In this document: positions 14,700 through 30,904 of the stretch, piece by piece | Numbering within the stretch: position 1 is the stretch's first letter | Layout of the letters: every line of letters starts with the position of its first letter | Origin: Squalus acanthias | Lineage: Eukaryota | NCBI GenBank assembly: GCA_030390025.1 | Contig: JASTWF010000034.1 | Location: 4,154,001 to 4,218,000 of the forward strand | Direction of reading: 5' to 3' | DNA length: 64,000 bases | The notes under the pieces: model-generated | What the model was told of the DNA's origin: nothing | What the model saw: the letters and a program-made list of their open reading frames with translations, nothing else | Database searches by the model: none | Made by a program: the position numbers and the translations under genes

Positions 14700-17600
14700 T
14701 ATGCCTTCTACAAAGGACACTAAAGTTACATTTAATGGTTTATTTAGATATTATTCCCTCCACACCGGGGAATAAAGTTATAGTTAATTGCTAATTTTGA
14801 CATAATACCATTCACACCGGGTAATAACGTTACAGTTAATTGTTAAGTTGACATGATTCCCACGACACCAGTGAATATAGTTACACTTGATATTTAATTT
14901 GGAATGATGCCTCTACAACGGGGAATAAAGTTACAGTTAATTGCTAATTTTGACATAATACCTTTTCACATCGGGTAATAAAGATACAGTTAATTGTTAA
15001 TTTAGACATGATACCCTGTACACCAGAGAATAAAGTTACAGTTAATTGTTGAATTGACATGATACCCTCTACACTGTGGAATATAGTTACACTTAATTGA
15101 TAATTTTGACATGATACCTTCTACAAAGGGGAATAAAGTTACATTTAATGGTTTATTTAGACATGATACCCTGTACACCGTGGAATAAAGTTACAGTTAA
15201 TTGTTGAATTGACATGAAACCGGGTACACTGTGGAATAAATTTACAGTCATTATTTTAACATGATAATCTCTACACCGGGAAATAAAGTTACAGTTACTT
15301 GTTAATTTCGACATGATACCTTCTGCAAAGTTGAATAAAGTTACAGTTAATTGTTAATTTGATATTATGCCCTCTAAACCAGGGAATTAAGTTACAGTTA
15401 ATTGTTAATTTAAACATGATGCCCTCTACATCGGGGAATAAAGTTACAGTTAATTGTTAATTTAAACATGATGCCCTCTATACTGAGGAATAAAATGACA
15501 GAAAATTGTTAATTGAGACAGGATTCCTTCAACACCGGGGAATATAGTTACAGTTAATTGTTAATTTAGACATAATTCCTTCTTCATCGGAGAATATAGT
15601 TACAGTTAATTGTTAATTTAGACATGATGCCCTCTAAACCGGGATATAAAGTTACATTTAATGGTTTATTTAGACATGATTCCCTTGACACCGCAGAATA
15701 TACTTACAGTTAATTGCTAATTTTGATATAATGCCCTCTACACCGGGAAATAAAGTTACAGTTAATTGTTAATTTGATATCATACCCTCTACAACTGGGA
15801 ATAAAGTTAGAGTTAATTGTTAATTTAGACATGATACCTTCTACAAAGGGGAATAAAGTTACAGTTAATTGTTAATTTGATATGATATCCTCTACACCGG
15901 GGAGTAAAGTTATAGTTAATTGTTAATTTAGACATGATGCCCTCCACATCGGGGAATATAGTTACATTAAATTGATAATATTGCCATAATACCCTCTACA
16001 CCGGGAAATAAAGTTACAGTTAATTGTTAATTTAGACGGGATACCGTCTACACCGGGGAATAAAGTTACAGTTAATTGTTAATTTATACATGATACCCTC
16101 TGCACCATAGAATAAAGTTACAGTTAATTGGTAAATTGACATGATACCCTCTACACTGTGGAATAAAGTTACAGTCATTTTTTTAACATGGTAATCTCTA
16201 CACTGGGGAATAAAGTTACAGTTAATTGTTAATTTCGACATGATACCCTCGGCACCGGGGAATAAAGTAATTTTCTATTTTGAATTTAGGCATGAAACCC
16301 TGTACACCAGAGAATAAAGTTACAGTTAATTGTTGAATTGACATGATACCCTCTACACTGTGGAATATAGTTACAGTCAGTTTTTTAACATGATAATCTC
16401 TACACCGGGGAATAAATTTACAGTTAATTGTTAATTTCGGCATGATACATTCTACACCGGGGAATAAAGTTAATGTCAATTGTTAATTTGACATGATACC
16501 CTCAGGCAGCGGGGAATAAAGTAATTGTCAATTGTTAATTTATGCATGAAACCCTCTGCAGCAGGGAGTAAATTTACAGTTAATTGTTAATTTGACATGG
16601 TATCATCTACACTGGGGAATAATGTTAAAGGTAATTGTTAATTTGACATGTTGCCTCTGCATCAGAGAATAAAGTTACAGTTAGTTGTTAATTTGACATT
16701 ATGCACTCTACATCGGGAATAAAGTTACGGTTAATTGTTAATTTAAACATGATACCTTCTGCACAGGGCAAAAATGTTACTCTTAATTGACAAATTGATA
16801 TGATACCCACTACACCGGAGAATATCGTTACAGTTAATTGTTAATTTAGACATAATTCCTTGTACATCGGGGAATAAAGTTACAGTTAATTGTTAAATTG
16901 ACATGATGCCCTCTACACCAGTGAATATAGTTACACCTAATATTTAATTTGAAATGATGCGCTACACAACGGGGAATAAAGTTACAGTTAATTGTTAATT
17001 TAGACATGAGGCCCTCTACACTTGGGAATAAAGTTGCAGTTAATTGTTAATTTTGAAATGATGCCCTCTACACCTGGGAATAAAGTTACAGTTAATTGTT
17101 CATTGGATATGATACCATCTACACCGGTTATAAAGTTACAGTTAATTGTTAATTTAGACATGATGCCCTCTCTACCGGGGAATAAAGTAGCAGTTAATTG
17201 TTAATATTGAAATGATGCCCTCTACAACGGGAAATTAAAATTGGAGTTAAGTCTTAATTTGAAATGATGCCCTCTATACCGATGAATAAAGTTGCAGTTA
17301 AATGTGAACTGAAACATCATACCCTTCACACCGGGAATATTTTTACAGTTAATTGCAAATTTTGACAGGATGGCCTCTTCACCGAGGAATAAAGTTACAG
17401 TTAATTGTTAATTTTGAGATGATACCCTCTACGCCGGGGAATAAAGTTACAGTTAATTGTTAATTTGACATGATTCCCTCGACACCGGGGAATAAAGTTA
17501 CAGTTAATTGTTAATTTGATATGATGCCCTCGACACCGGGGAATACATTTACACATAATTATTAACTTGGACATGATGCCCTCTGCACAGGGAATAAAGT

Positions 17601-20600
17601 TACAGTTAATTGTTAATTGAGACATGATAACCTCTACACTGGGAAATAAAGTTACAGTTGATTGTTAATTTTGCATGATATCCTCTACACCAGGGAATAA
17701 AGTTACAGTTAATTGTTAATTTAGACATGATACCTTCTACACAGGGGAATAAAGTTACAGTTAATTGTAAGTTTCGACACGATACCCTCTATATCGGGAA
17801 TAAAGTTACTGTCAATTGTTAATTTAGACATGATTCCCTGCACACCATCGAATAAAGTTACAGTCAATTGCTAATTTTGAGATGATATCCTCTACACTTT
17901 GGAATAATGTTACAGTTAGTTGTTAATTTTGACATGATTCCCACTACACTGGAGTATACATTTAAAATAAATTTTTAATTTGTCATGAAAACCTCTACAC
18001 TGAGAATAATGTTACAGTTGATAGTTAATTTTACATGATATCCTCTACACCGGGGAATAAGGTTACATTTAATTGTTAATTTTGACATGAAGCCCACTAC
18101 ACCAGCAACTAAAGTTGCAGTTACTTGTTAATTTGACATGATACACTCTACATCGAGGAACACAGTTAGAGTTAATTGTTAATTTGTCATGATGCACACC
18201 AAACTGGGCAATATATTTAAAGTTATATTTTAATTTGTCATGAAAACCTCTACACTGGGGAATAAAGTTACAGTTGATTGTTAATTTTAAATGATACCTT
18301 CTACACTGGGGTACAAAGTTACAGTTGATTGTTAATTTTACATGATACCCTCAACACCGAGGAATAAGTTTACAGTTAAAAGTTTATTTGACATGATGCC
18401 CTCTACGCCGGGGAATAAAGTTACAGTAAATTGTTAATTTAGAAATGAATCCCTCGAAACCGGGGAATAAAGTTACACTTAATTTTTAATTTGAAATGAT
18501 ACACTCTACACCTGGGAATGAAGTTACAAATAATTGTTAATTTCACATGATGCCATCTACAACGGGGAGTAAAGTTACAGTAAATTTCCAATTTAGAAAT
18601 GAATCCCTCGAAACCGGGGAATGAAGTTACACTTAATTTTTAATTTGACATGATGCCCTCTACGCCGGGGTATAAAGTTTCAGTTAATTGTTAATTTCGA
18701 CAGGATGCCCTCGAGATTGGTGAATAAAATTACAGTTAATTTTTAATTTAGACATGAGGCCTTCTAAACTGGGGAATAAAGATATTGTTGACTGTTAATT
18801 TGACATGATACCCTCTACATCGTGTAAAAAAGTTACAATCACTTTTAAGTTGACATGATACTCCCTACATCGGGTAATAAAGTTACAGTAAATTGTTAAC
18901 TGAGACATAATGCCCTCTACATCGGGGAATAAACTTACAGTAAATTTTTAATTTGACATGATTCACTCTACACCAGGGAATAAAGTTACAGTGAATTGTT
19001 AATTTAGACATGATTCCCACTACACCGGGAAATGAAGTTACATGTAATTGTTAATTTGACATGATACCCTCTACACTGGGGAGTAAAGTTACAGTTAATT
19101 GTTAATTGAATCGTGAAACCCTCTACACTGGGGAATAAATTTACAGTTAATTGCTAATTTTGACATGATGCGCTCTACACCGGGAAATAAAGTTGCAGTT
19201 AAATGGTAATTGAGACATGATGCCCTCTACACCGGAGAATAAAGTTACAGTTAGTTTTTAATTTAGACATGAGTCCCTCTAAACAGGGCAATGAAGTTAC
19301 AGTTAGTTTTTAATTTAGACATGATACCCTGTATACCGGGAAATAAAGATAGAGTTAATTGTTAATTTGTCATGATGTCCTCTGCACCGGGTAAAAAAGT
19401 TACAGTTAATTGTTAATTTTATATATGATACCCTCTACACTGGGGAATACAGTTATAGTTAATTGTTAATTTAGACATGATACCTTCTACTAAGGGGAAT
19501 AAAGTTACATTTTATGGTTTATTTAGACATGATTCCCTCCACACCGTGGAATATAGTTACAGTTAATTGATAATTTTGATAAAAATACCTTCTACAAAGG
19601 GGAATAAAGTTACATTTAACGGTGTATTTAGACATGATAACCTCCACACCGTGGAATATAGTTACAGTTAATTGATAATTTTGACATGATACCTTCTACA
19701 AAGGGGAACAAAGTTACATTTAATGATTTATTTAGACATGATACCCTCTACATCGGGGAACAAAGTTACAGTTAATTGTTGAATTGACATGAAACTGGGC
19801 ACACTGTGTAATAAATTTACAGTCATTATTTTAACATGATACTCTCTACACCGGGGAATAAAGTTACAGTTACTTGTTAATTTCGACATGATACCTTCTG
19901 CACAGTTGAATAAAGTTACAGTTAATTGTTAATTTGATATAAAGCCCACTAAACCAGGGAATAAAGTTACAGTTAATTGTTAATTTAAACATGATGCCCT
20001 CTACATCGGGGAATAAAGTTACAGTTAATTCTTAATTTAAACATGATGCCCTCTATACTGGGGAATAAAGTTACAGCAAATTGTCAATTGAGACAGGATT
20101 CCTTCAACACCGGGGAATATAGTTACAGTTACTTGTTAATTTAGACATAATTCCTTCTCCATCGTGGAATATAGTTACAGTTAATTGTTAATTTAGACAT
20201 GATACCCTCTAAACCGGGGTATAAAGTTACATTTAATGGTTTATTTAGACATGATTCCCTTGACACCGGGGAATATATTTACAGTTAATTGCTAATTTTG
20301 ATATAATGCCCTCTACATCGGGAAATAAAGTTACAGTTAATTGTTAATTTGATATGATATCCTCTACACCTGGGAATAAAGTTATAGTTAATTGTTAATT
20401 TAGACATGATCCCTTCTACAAAGGGGAATAAAGTTACAGTTAATTGTTAATTTGATATGATATCCTCTACACCTGGGAATAAAGTTATAGTTAATTGTTA
20501 ATTTAGACATGATGCCTTCTACAAAGGGGAATGAAGTTACATTTAATGGTTTATTTAGACATGATGCCCTCCACACCGGGGAATATAGTTACAGTAAATT

Positions 20601-23600
20601 GATAATATTGCCATAATACCCACTACACCGGGAAATAAAGTTACAGTTAATTGTTAATTTAGACAGGACACCCTCTACACCGGGGAATAAAGTTACAGTT
20701 AATTGTTAATTTATACATGATATCCTCTGCACCATAGAATAAAGTTACAGTTAATTGGTAAATTGACATGATACCATCTACACTGTGGAATAAAGTTACA
20801 GTCATTTTTTTAACATGGTAATCTCTACGCCGGGGAATAAAGTTACAGTTAATTGTTAATTTCGACATGATACCCTCGGCACCGGGGAATAAAGTAATTT
20901 TCAATTTTTAATTTAGGCATGAAACCCTGTACACCAGAGAATAAAGTTACAGTTAATTGTTGAATTGACATGATACCCTCTACACTGTGGAATACAGTTA
21001 CAGTCATTTTTTTAACATGATAATCTCTACACCGGGGAATAAATTTACAGTTAATTGTTAATTTCGACATGATACATTCTACACCGGGGAATAAAGTTAA
21101 TGTCAATTGTTAATTTGACATGATACCCTCGGTAGCGGGGAATAGAGTAATTGTCAATTGTTAATTTAGGCATGAAACCCTCTACAGCAGGGAGTAAATT
21201 TACAGTTAATTCTTAATTTGACATGATATCATCTACACTGGGGAATAAAGTTAAAGGAAATTGTTAATTTGACATGTTGCCTCTGCATCAGAGAATAAAG
21301 TTACAGTTAATTGTTAATTTGACATTATGCAGTCTACATTGGGGAATAAAGTTACAGTTAATTCTTAATTTAAACATGATACCTTCTGCACAGGGGAAAA
21401 AAGTTACTCTTAATTGATAAATTGATATGATACCCTCTACACCGGGGAATATCGTTACAGTTAATTGTTAATTTAGACATAATTCCTTCTACATCGGGGA
21501 ATAAAGTTACAGTTAATTGTTAAATTAACATGATAGCCTCTACACCAGTGAATATAGTTACACTTAATATTTAATTTTACATGTTGCCCTCCACAATGGG
21601 GAATTAAGTTACAGTTAATTGTTAAATTGACATGATGACCTCTACTCAGTGAATATAGTTACACCTAATATTTAATTTGAAATGATGCGCTACACAATGG
21701 AGAATAAAGTTACAGTTAATTGTCAATTTAGACATGAGGCCCTCTACACTCGGGAATAAAGTTGCAGTTATCTTTTAATTTTGAAATGATGCCCTCTACA
21801 CCTGGGAATAAAGTTAATCGTTCATTGGATATGATACCATCTACACCGGGGAATAAAGTTACAGTTAATTGTTAATTTAGAGATGATGCCCTCTCTACCG
21901 GGGAATAAAGTAGCAATTAATTGTTAATTTTGAAATGATGCCCTCTACAACGGGAAATTAAAATTGGAGTTAAGTGTTAATTTGAAATGATGCCCTCTAT
22001 ACCGGTGAATAAAGTTGCAGTTAAATGTGAACTGAAACATCATACCCTTCACACCGGGGAATATTTTTACAGTTAATTGCAAATTTTGACAGGATGGCCT
22101 TTTCACCGAGGAATGAAGTTACAGTTAATTGTTAATTTTGAGATGATACCCTCTACGCCGGGGAATAAAGTTACAGTTAATTGTTAATTTCACATGATTT
22201 TCTCGAAACCGGGGAATAAAGTTATGGTTAATTGTTAATTTGATATGATGCCCTTGACACCGGGGAATACATTTACAGATAATTGTTAACTTAGACATGA
22301 TGCCCTCTGCACAGGGAATAAAGTTGCATTAAAATGTTAATTGAGACATGATAACCTCTACACTGGGAAATAAAGTCACAGTTGATAGTTAATTTTGCAT
22401 GATATCCTCAACACCAGGGAATAAACTTACAGTTAATTGTTAATTTAGACATGATACCTTCTACACAGGGGAATAAAGTTACAGTTAATTGTAAATTTCG
22501 ACACGATACCCTCTATATCGGGAATAAAGTTAATGTCAATTGTTAATTTAGACATGATTCCCTGCACACCTTCGAATAAAGTTACAGTCAATTGCTAATT
22601 TTGAGATGACATCCTCTACACTTTGGAATAATGTTACAGTTAATTGTTAATTTTGACATGATGCCCACTACACTGGAGAATACATTTAAATTTAATTTTT
22701 AATTTGTCATGAAAACCTCTACACTGGGAATAATGTTACAGTTGATAGTTAATTTTACATGATATCCTCTACACCGGGGAATAAAGTTACAGTTAATTGT
22801 TAATTTTGACATGAAGCCCACTACACCAGCAACTAAAGTTGCAGTTACTTGTTAATTTGACATGATACACTCTACACCGGGTAACACAGTTAGAGTTAAT
22901 TGTTAATTTGTAATGATGCCCACCAAACTGGTCAATATATTTAAAGTTATATTTTGATTTGTCATGAAAACGTCTACACTGGGGAATAAAGTTACAGTTG
23001 ATTGTTAATTTTACATGATACCCTCTACACCGAGGATTAAGGTTACAGTTAAAAGTTTATTTGACATGATGCCCTCTACACCGGGGATTAAAGTTACAGT
23101 AAATTGTTAATTTAGAAATGAATCCCTCGAAACCGGGGAATAAAGTTACACTTAATTTTTAATTTGAAATGATGCACTCTACACCTGGGAATGAAGTTAC
23201 AAATAATTGTTAATTTGACATGATGCCATCTACAACGGGATGTAAAGTTACAGTAAATTGTCAATTTAGAAATGAATCCCTCGAAACCGGGGAATAAAGT
23301 TACACTTAATTTTTAATTTGACATGATGCCCTCTACGCCGGGGTATAAAGTTTCAGTTAATTGTTAATTTCGACAGGATGCCCTCTAGATTGGTGAATAA
23401 AATTACAGTTAATTTTTAATTTAGACATGATACCTTCTAAACTGGGGAATAAAGATATTGTTGACTGTTAATTTGACATGATACCCTCTAAACCGGGGTA
23501 TTAAGTTACAGTTAATTGTTTATTTTGACCTGATACCATCTACATCGTGTAAAAAAGTTACAATCACTTTTTAAGTTGACATGATACTCCGTACATCGGG

Positions 23601-26600
23601 TAATAAAGTTACAGTAAATTGTTAACTGAGACATAATGACCTCTACATCGGGGAATAAACTCACAGTTAATTTTTAATTTGACATGATTCACTCTACACC
23701 AGGGAATAAAGTTACAGTGAATTGTTAATTTAGACATGATTCCCACTACACCGGGAAATGAAGTTACATGTAATTGTTAATTTAACATGATACCCTCTAC
23801 ACAGGGGAGTAAAGTTACAGTTTATTGTTAATTTGACATGATACCCTCTGCACTGGGGAGTAAAGTTACAGTTAATTGTTAATTTAGACATGAGGCCCTC
23901 TGCACTCGGGAATAAAGTTGCAGTTAACTGTTATAATTGAAATGATGCCCTCTACACCTGGGAATAAAGTTGCAGTTAAATGTGAGCTGAAACATCATAC
24001 CCTTCACACCGGGGAATATTTTTACAGTTAATTGCAAATTTTGACAGGATGGCCTCTTCACCGAGGAATAAAGTTACAGTTAATTGTTAATTTTGAGATG
24101 ATATCCTCTATGCCGTGGAATAAAGTTACAGTTAATTGTTAATTTGACATGATTCCCTCGACACCGTGGAATAAAGTTACAGTTAATTGTTAATTTGATA
24201 TGATGCCCTCGACACCGGGGAATACATTTACAGATAATTGTTAACTTAGACATGATGCCCTCTGCACAGGGAATAAAGTTACATTAAATTGTTAATTGAG
24301 ACATGATAACCTCTACACTGGGAAATAAAGTCACAGTTGATAGTTAATTTTGCATGATATCCTCAACACCAGGGAATAAAGTTAAAGTTAATTGTTAATT
24401 TAGACATTATACCTTCTACACAGGGGAATAAAGTTACAGTTAATTGTAAATTTCGACACGATACCCTCTATATCGGGAATAAAGTTACTGTCAATTGTTA
24501 ATTTAGACATGATTCCCTGCACACTATCGAATAAAGTTACAGTCAATTGCTAATTTTGAGATGATATCCTCTACACTTTGGAATAATGTTACAGTTAATT
24601 ATTAATTTTGACATGATGCCCACTACACTGGAGAATACATTTAAATTTAATTTTTAATTTGTCATCAAAACCTCTACACTGGGAATAATGTTACAGTTGA
24701 TAGTTAATTTTACATGATATCCTCTACACCGGGGAATAAAGTTACAGTTAATTGTTAATTTTGACATGAAGCCCACTACACCAGCAACTAAAGTTGCAGT
24801 TACTTGTTAATTTGACATGATACACTCTACACCGGGGAACACAGTTAGAGTTAATTGTTAATTTGTCATGATGACCACCAAACTGGGCAATATATTTAAA
24901 GTTATATTTTAAATTGTCATGAAAACCTCTACACTGGGGAATAAAGTTACAGTTAATTGTTAATTTATACATGATATCCTCTGCACCATAGAATAAAGTT
25001 ACAGTTAATTGGTAAATTGACATGATACCCTCGGCACCGGGGAATAAAGTAATTTTCAATTTTTAATTTTGCAATGAAACCCTGTCCACCCGAGAATAAA
25101 GTTACAGTTAATTGTTGAATTGACAAGATACCCTCTACACTGTGGAATATAGTTACAGTCATTTTTTTAACATGATAATCTCTACACCGGGGAATAAATT
25201 TACAGTTAATTGTTAATTTCGACATGATACATTCTACACCGGGGAATAAAGTTAATGTCAATTGTTAATTTGACATGATACCCTCGGCAGCGGAGAATAA
25301 AGTAATTGTCATTTGTTAATTTAGGCATGAAACCCTCTACAGCAGGGAGTAAATTTATGGTTAATTGTTAATTTGACATGATATTACCTACACTGGGAAA
25401 TAATGTTAAAGGTAATTGTTAATTTGACATGTTGCCTCTGCATCAGAGAATAAAGTTACAGTTAATTTTTAATTTGACATTATGCACTCTACATCGGGGA
25501 AAAAAGTTACAGTTAATTGTTAATTTCAACATGATACCATCTGCACAGGGGAAAAAAGTTACTCTTAATTGATAAATTGATATGATACCCTCTACACCGG
25601 GGAATATCGTTACAGTTAATTGTTAATTTAGACATAATTCCTTCTACATCGGGGAATAAAGTTACAGTTAATTGTTAAATTAACATGATACCCTCTACAC
25701 CAGTGCAAATAGTTACACTTAATATTTAATTTTAAATGTTGCCCTCCACAACGGGGAATTAAGTTACAGTTAATTGTTAAATTGACATGATGCCCTATAC
25801 ACCAGTGAATATAGTTACACCTAATATTTAATTTGAAATGATGCACTACACAACGGGGATTAAAGTTACAGTTAATTGTTAATTCAGAGATGAGGCCCTC
25901 TACACTCGGGAATAAAGTTGCAGTTAATTGATAATTTTGAAATGATGCCCTCTACACCTGGGAATAAAGTTACAGTTAATTGTTCATTGGATATGATACC
26001 CTCTACACCGGGGAATAAAGTTACAGATAATTGTTAATTTAAACATGATGCCCTCTCTACCGGGGAATAATTTTGTAATGATGCCCTCCACAACGGGAAA
26101 TTAAAATTGGAGTTAAGTGTTAATTTGAAATGATGCCCTCTATACCGGTAAATAAAGTTGCAGTTAAATGTGAACTGAAACATCATACCCTTCACACCGG
26201 GGAATATTTTTACAGTTAATTGCAAATTTTGACAGGATGGCCTCTTCACCGAGGAATAAAGTTACAGTTAATTGATAATTTTGAGATGATACCCTCTACG
26301 CCGGGGAATAAAGTTACAGTTAATTGTTAATTTGACATGATGCCCTCGACACCGGGGAATACATTTACAGCTAATTTTTAACCTAGACATGATGCCCTCT
26401 GCACAGGGAATAAAGTTACAGTTAATTGTTAATTGAGACATGATAACCTCTACACTGGGAAATCAAGTTACAGTTGATTGTTAATTTTGCATGATATCCT
26501 CTACACCAGGGAATAAAGTTACAGTTAATTGTAATTTAGACATGATACCTTCTACACCAGGAAATAAAGTTACAGTTAATTGTAAATTTCGACATGATAC

Positions 26601-27600
26601 CCTCTATATTGGGAATAAAGTTACTGTCAATTATTAATTTAGACATGATTCCCTGCACACCATCGAATAAAGTTACAGTCAATTGCTAATTTTGAGATGA
26701 TATCCTCTACACTTTGGAATAATGTTACAGTTAATTGTTAATTTTGACATGATGCCCACGACACTGGAGAATAAATTTAAATGTAATTTTTAATTTGTGA
26801 TGAAAACCTCTACACTGGGAATAATGTTACAGTTGATAGTTAATGTTACATGATATCCTCTGCACTGGGGTACAAAGTTACAGTTGATTGTTAATTTTAC
26901 ATGATACCCTCTACACCGAGGAATGAGGTTACAGTAAATTGTTAATTTAGAAATGAATCCCTCGAAACCGGGGAATAAAGTTACATTTAATGGTTTATTT
27001 AAACATGATTCCCTTGACACCGGGGAATATAGATACAGTTAATTGCTAATTTTGATATAATGCCCTCTACACCGGGACATAAAGTTACAGTTAATTGTTA
27101 ATTTGATATGATATCCTCTACACCTGGGAATAAAGTTATAGTTAATTGTTAATTTAGACATGATGCCTTCTACAAAGGGGAATGAAGTTACATTTAATGG
27201 TTTATTTAGACATGATGCCCTCCACACCGGGGAATATAGTTGCAGTAAATTGATAATATTGCCATAATACCCTCTACACCGGGAAATAAAGTTACAGTTA
27301 ATTGTTAATTTAGACGGGATACCCTCTACACCAGTGAATAAAGTTACAGTTAATTGTTAATTTATACATGATACCCTCTGCACCATAGAATAAAGTTACA
27401 GTTAATTGGTAAATTGACATGATACCCTCTACACTGTGGAATAAAGTTACAGTCATTTTTTTAACATGGTAATCTCTACACCGGGGAATAAAGTTACAGT
27501 TAATTGTTAATTTCGACATGATACCCTCGGCACCGGGGAATAAAGTAATTTTCAATTTTTAATTTAGGCATGAAACCCACCACAGCAGGCAATAAATTTA
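14700..27600. repeat. Higher-order block of ~4.1-4.7 kb present about three times
   Basis: Marker AAATTGGAGTTAAG at ~17238, ~21961, ~26105; near-identical spurious ORFs at 16222-16479, 20849-21106, 24965-25261. Boundaries approximate. Confidence 0.8.
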
Positions 27601-30483
27601 CAGTTAATTTTTAATTTGATTTGGTATCCTATTCACCGTGGAATAAAGTTTCAGTCAATTGTTACTTTAGACAGGATACACTCTACCCCGGGGAATAATT
27701 TTACAGTTAATTGTTAATATGACATGAAGCCCTCTACACCGGGGAATAAAGTACAGTTAATTGTTAATTTGACATGATTCACTCTACACCGGGGTATGAA
27801 GTTACATGTAATTGTTAATTTGACCTGATACCCTCTACACTGGGGAATAAAGTTACAGTTAATTGCTAATTATGACATAAATGGTAATTGAGACATGATG
27901 CCCTCTACACCGGGGAATAAAGTTACAGATAGTTTTAAATTTAGACATGATACCCTGTATACCGGGGAATAAAGTTACAGTTCATTGTTAATTTAGACAT
28001 GATACCTTCTGCACAGTTGAATAAAGTTACAGTTAATTGTTAATTTAGACATGATTCCCGTCACATCGGGGAATAAAGTTACAAATAATTGTTAATTTAG
28101 ACATGATTCCCCTTACACCCGGGAATAAAGTTACAGTTAATTGCTAATTTTGACATGATACCCTCTACACCGGGGAATAATTTTACACTTAATTGTTAAT
28201 TTTGACATGATTCCCTCTACACGGGGGAATAAAGTTACAGTTAATTGCTAATTTTGACATGATGCGCTCTACACCGGGAAATAAAGTTACAGTTAAATGG
28301 TAATTGAGACATGATGCCACCTACACCAGGGAATAAAGTTACAGTTAATTTTTAATTTAGACATGACATCCTGTGTACCGGGGAATAATTTTAAAGTTAA
28401 TTGTTAATTTTGGCATGAAGCCCTCTACAACGGGGACTAAAGTTACATGTTAATTGTTAATTTGACATGATAACATCCACACCGGGGAATAAAGTTGGTG
28501 TTAATTTTTAATTTTACCTGATGCACACTACACTGGGGAATAAATTTAAAATTAGTGTTTAATTTGTCATGTAAACATCTACACCGGAGAATAAAGTTAC
28601 AGTAAATTGTTAATTTAGACATGATACGCTCTACACTGAGGAATAAAGATACAGTTAAATATTAATTTGACATGATACACTCTAAACCAGGGAATAAAGT
28701 TACAGTTAACTGTTAATTTAGACATGATGCCCTCGAAACTGGGGAATAAAGTTAAAGTTAATTGTTACTTTGACATGATACCTTCTACACCGGGGAATAA
28801 ATTTACATTAAAATGTTAATTAAGACATGATACCCTCTACAACGAGGAGTAAAGTTACAGTAAAATAATAATTAGACTTGTTTGCCTCTGCACCGGGGAA
28901 TAAACGTACAGTTAATTGTTAATTTGACATGATGCACTCTACACCAGGGAATAAAGTTACATTGAATTGTTAATTTAGACATGATTCCCGCTATTCCAGG
29001 GAATGAAGTTACAGTTAGTTGTTAATTAGACATGATACCCTCTACAACGGGAAATAACATTAAAGTTAATTATTAATTTGATATGATGCCCTCTGCACCA
29101 GAGAATAATGTTACAATTAATTGTTAACTTAATCATCATACCCTCCACACCGGGGAATATAGTTACAGTTAATTGCAAATTTTGACATGATGCTCTCTAC
29201 ACCGGGGAATGAATTTATTGTGAAATGTTAATTTAGACATGATTCCCTCTACACCGGGTAATGAAGTTAGATGTTTTGGTAATTTGACATGATGCCCTCT
29301 ACACTGGGGAATAAAGTTACAGTTAATTGTTAATTTAGACATGATACCCTCCAAACCGGGGAATAGTGTTAAAAATAATTCTTAATTTAGACATTATACC
29401 TTCTGCAAAGGGGAATAAAGTCACATTTAATTGTTGAATTAGATATGATTCCCTCCAAACCACATAATATTGTTACAGTTTATTCTTAATTTACACATTA
29501 TACCTTCTGCAAAGGGAAATACATTTACATTTAATTGTTAATTTATACAGTATTCCCTCCACACCGGGGAATATAGTTACAGTTAATTGCTAGTTTAGAC
29601 ATGATGCCCTCTAAACCAGGGAATAATGTTACAGTTACAGTTAATTGTTAAATAAAGCATCATACCCTCCACCCCGGGGAATACATTTACAGAAATTTGC
29701 TAATTTTGACATGATGCCCTCTACACCGGGCAATAAAGTTACAGTTAATTGTTAATTTTGACATGATACCCTCTGCACCAGGGTAGAAAGTTACAGTTAA
29801 TAGTTAATTTGACATGATGCCCTCTACACCAGTGAATAAACTTTCAATTAATTATTAATTTCGGCAAGATGCCCTCTACATTGTTGAATAAAGTTACAGT
29901 TAATTGTTAATTTAGACATCATGTACTCTACACCAGGAAATACAGATACAGTGAATTGTTAATTTGACATGATTCCCTCTACACCGGGAATAAAGTTACA
30001 GTTAATTTTTAATTTGACATTGTGTCCTCCACAGCGGGAATAAATTTACAATTAATTATAAATTTCAACATGATACCGTCTACACTGGGTAATTAAAATG
30101 ACAGATAATTGTTTTTTTGACATGATGCCCTCCACACCGGGTAATAAAATTACAGTAAATTGTTAAATGAGACATAATGCCCTCTACATCGGGGAATAAA
30201 CTTACAGTTAATTTTTAATTTGACATGATTCACTCTACACCAGGGAATAAAGTTAAAGTGAATTGTTAATTTAGACATGATTCCCACTACACCGGGAAAT
30301 GAAGTTACATGTAATTGTTAATTTAACATGATACCCTCTACACTGGGGAGTAAAGATACAGTTAATTGTTAATTTGCCATGATACCCTCTACACTGGGGA
30401 GTACAGTTACAGTTAATTGTTAATTTAATCATGAAACCCTCTACACTGGGGAAGAAAATTACAGTTAATTGCTAATTTTGACA

Positions 30484-30904
30484 GAAACAAGGAGAAGGAG
30501 TAGGCCATTCGGCCCGTCGAGCCTGCTCCACCATTCAATACGATCATGGCTGATCATCCAAATCCAGTACCCTGTCCCTGCTTTAATCCCCACAGTACAC
30601 ATATTCCACCCTACCCCCGTAACCCCACGTATTTAATTCCCCCTAACATATCCCATCCTATCCCCATAACCCCACATATGTAATCCCCCCTAACACTAAG
30701 GGTCAATTTATCATAGCCAAATCAACCTAACCCGCACATTTTTGGACTGTGGGAGGAAACCGGAGCACCCGGAGGAAACCCACGCAGACAGGGGTAGAAT
30801 GTGCAAACTCCACACAGACAGTTACCCGAGGTCAGCTTCGAACCCGGGTCCCTGGCGCTGTGAGGCAGCAGTGCTAACCACTATGCCACCGTGTTGCCCT
30901 CAAA
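30484..30904 (-). mobile_element. tRNA-derived V-SINE (HE1-like) with CR1-derived 3' tail, apparently full length
   Basis: Minus strand: GGGCAACACGGTGGCATAGTGGTTAGCACTGCTGCCTCACAGCGCCAGGGACCCGGGTTCGAA head (A box 30878-30888, B box 30835-30844), V domain TGTGTGGAGTTTGCACATTCT...GGGTTTCCTCCGGGTGCTCCGGTTTCCTCCCACAGTCCAAA, tail GATCAGCCATGATCGTATTGAATGGTGGAGCAGGCTCGACGGGCCGAATGGCCTACTCCT typical of CR1 3' ends. Confidence 0.93.

Noticed and set aside
30825..30899. tRNA gene
   Set aside because: tRNA-like head continues into V domain and LINE tail; it is a SINE.
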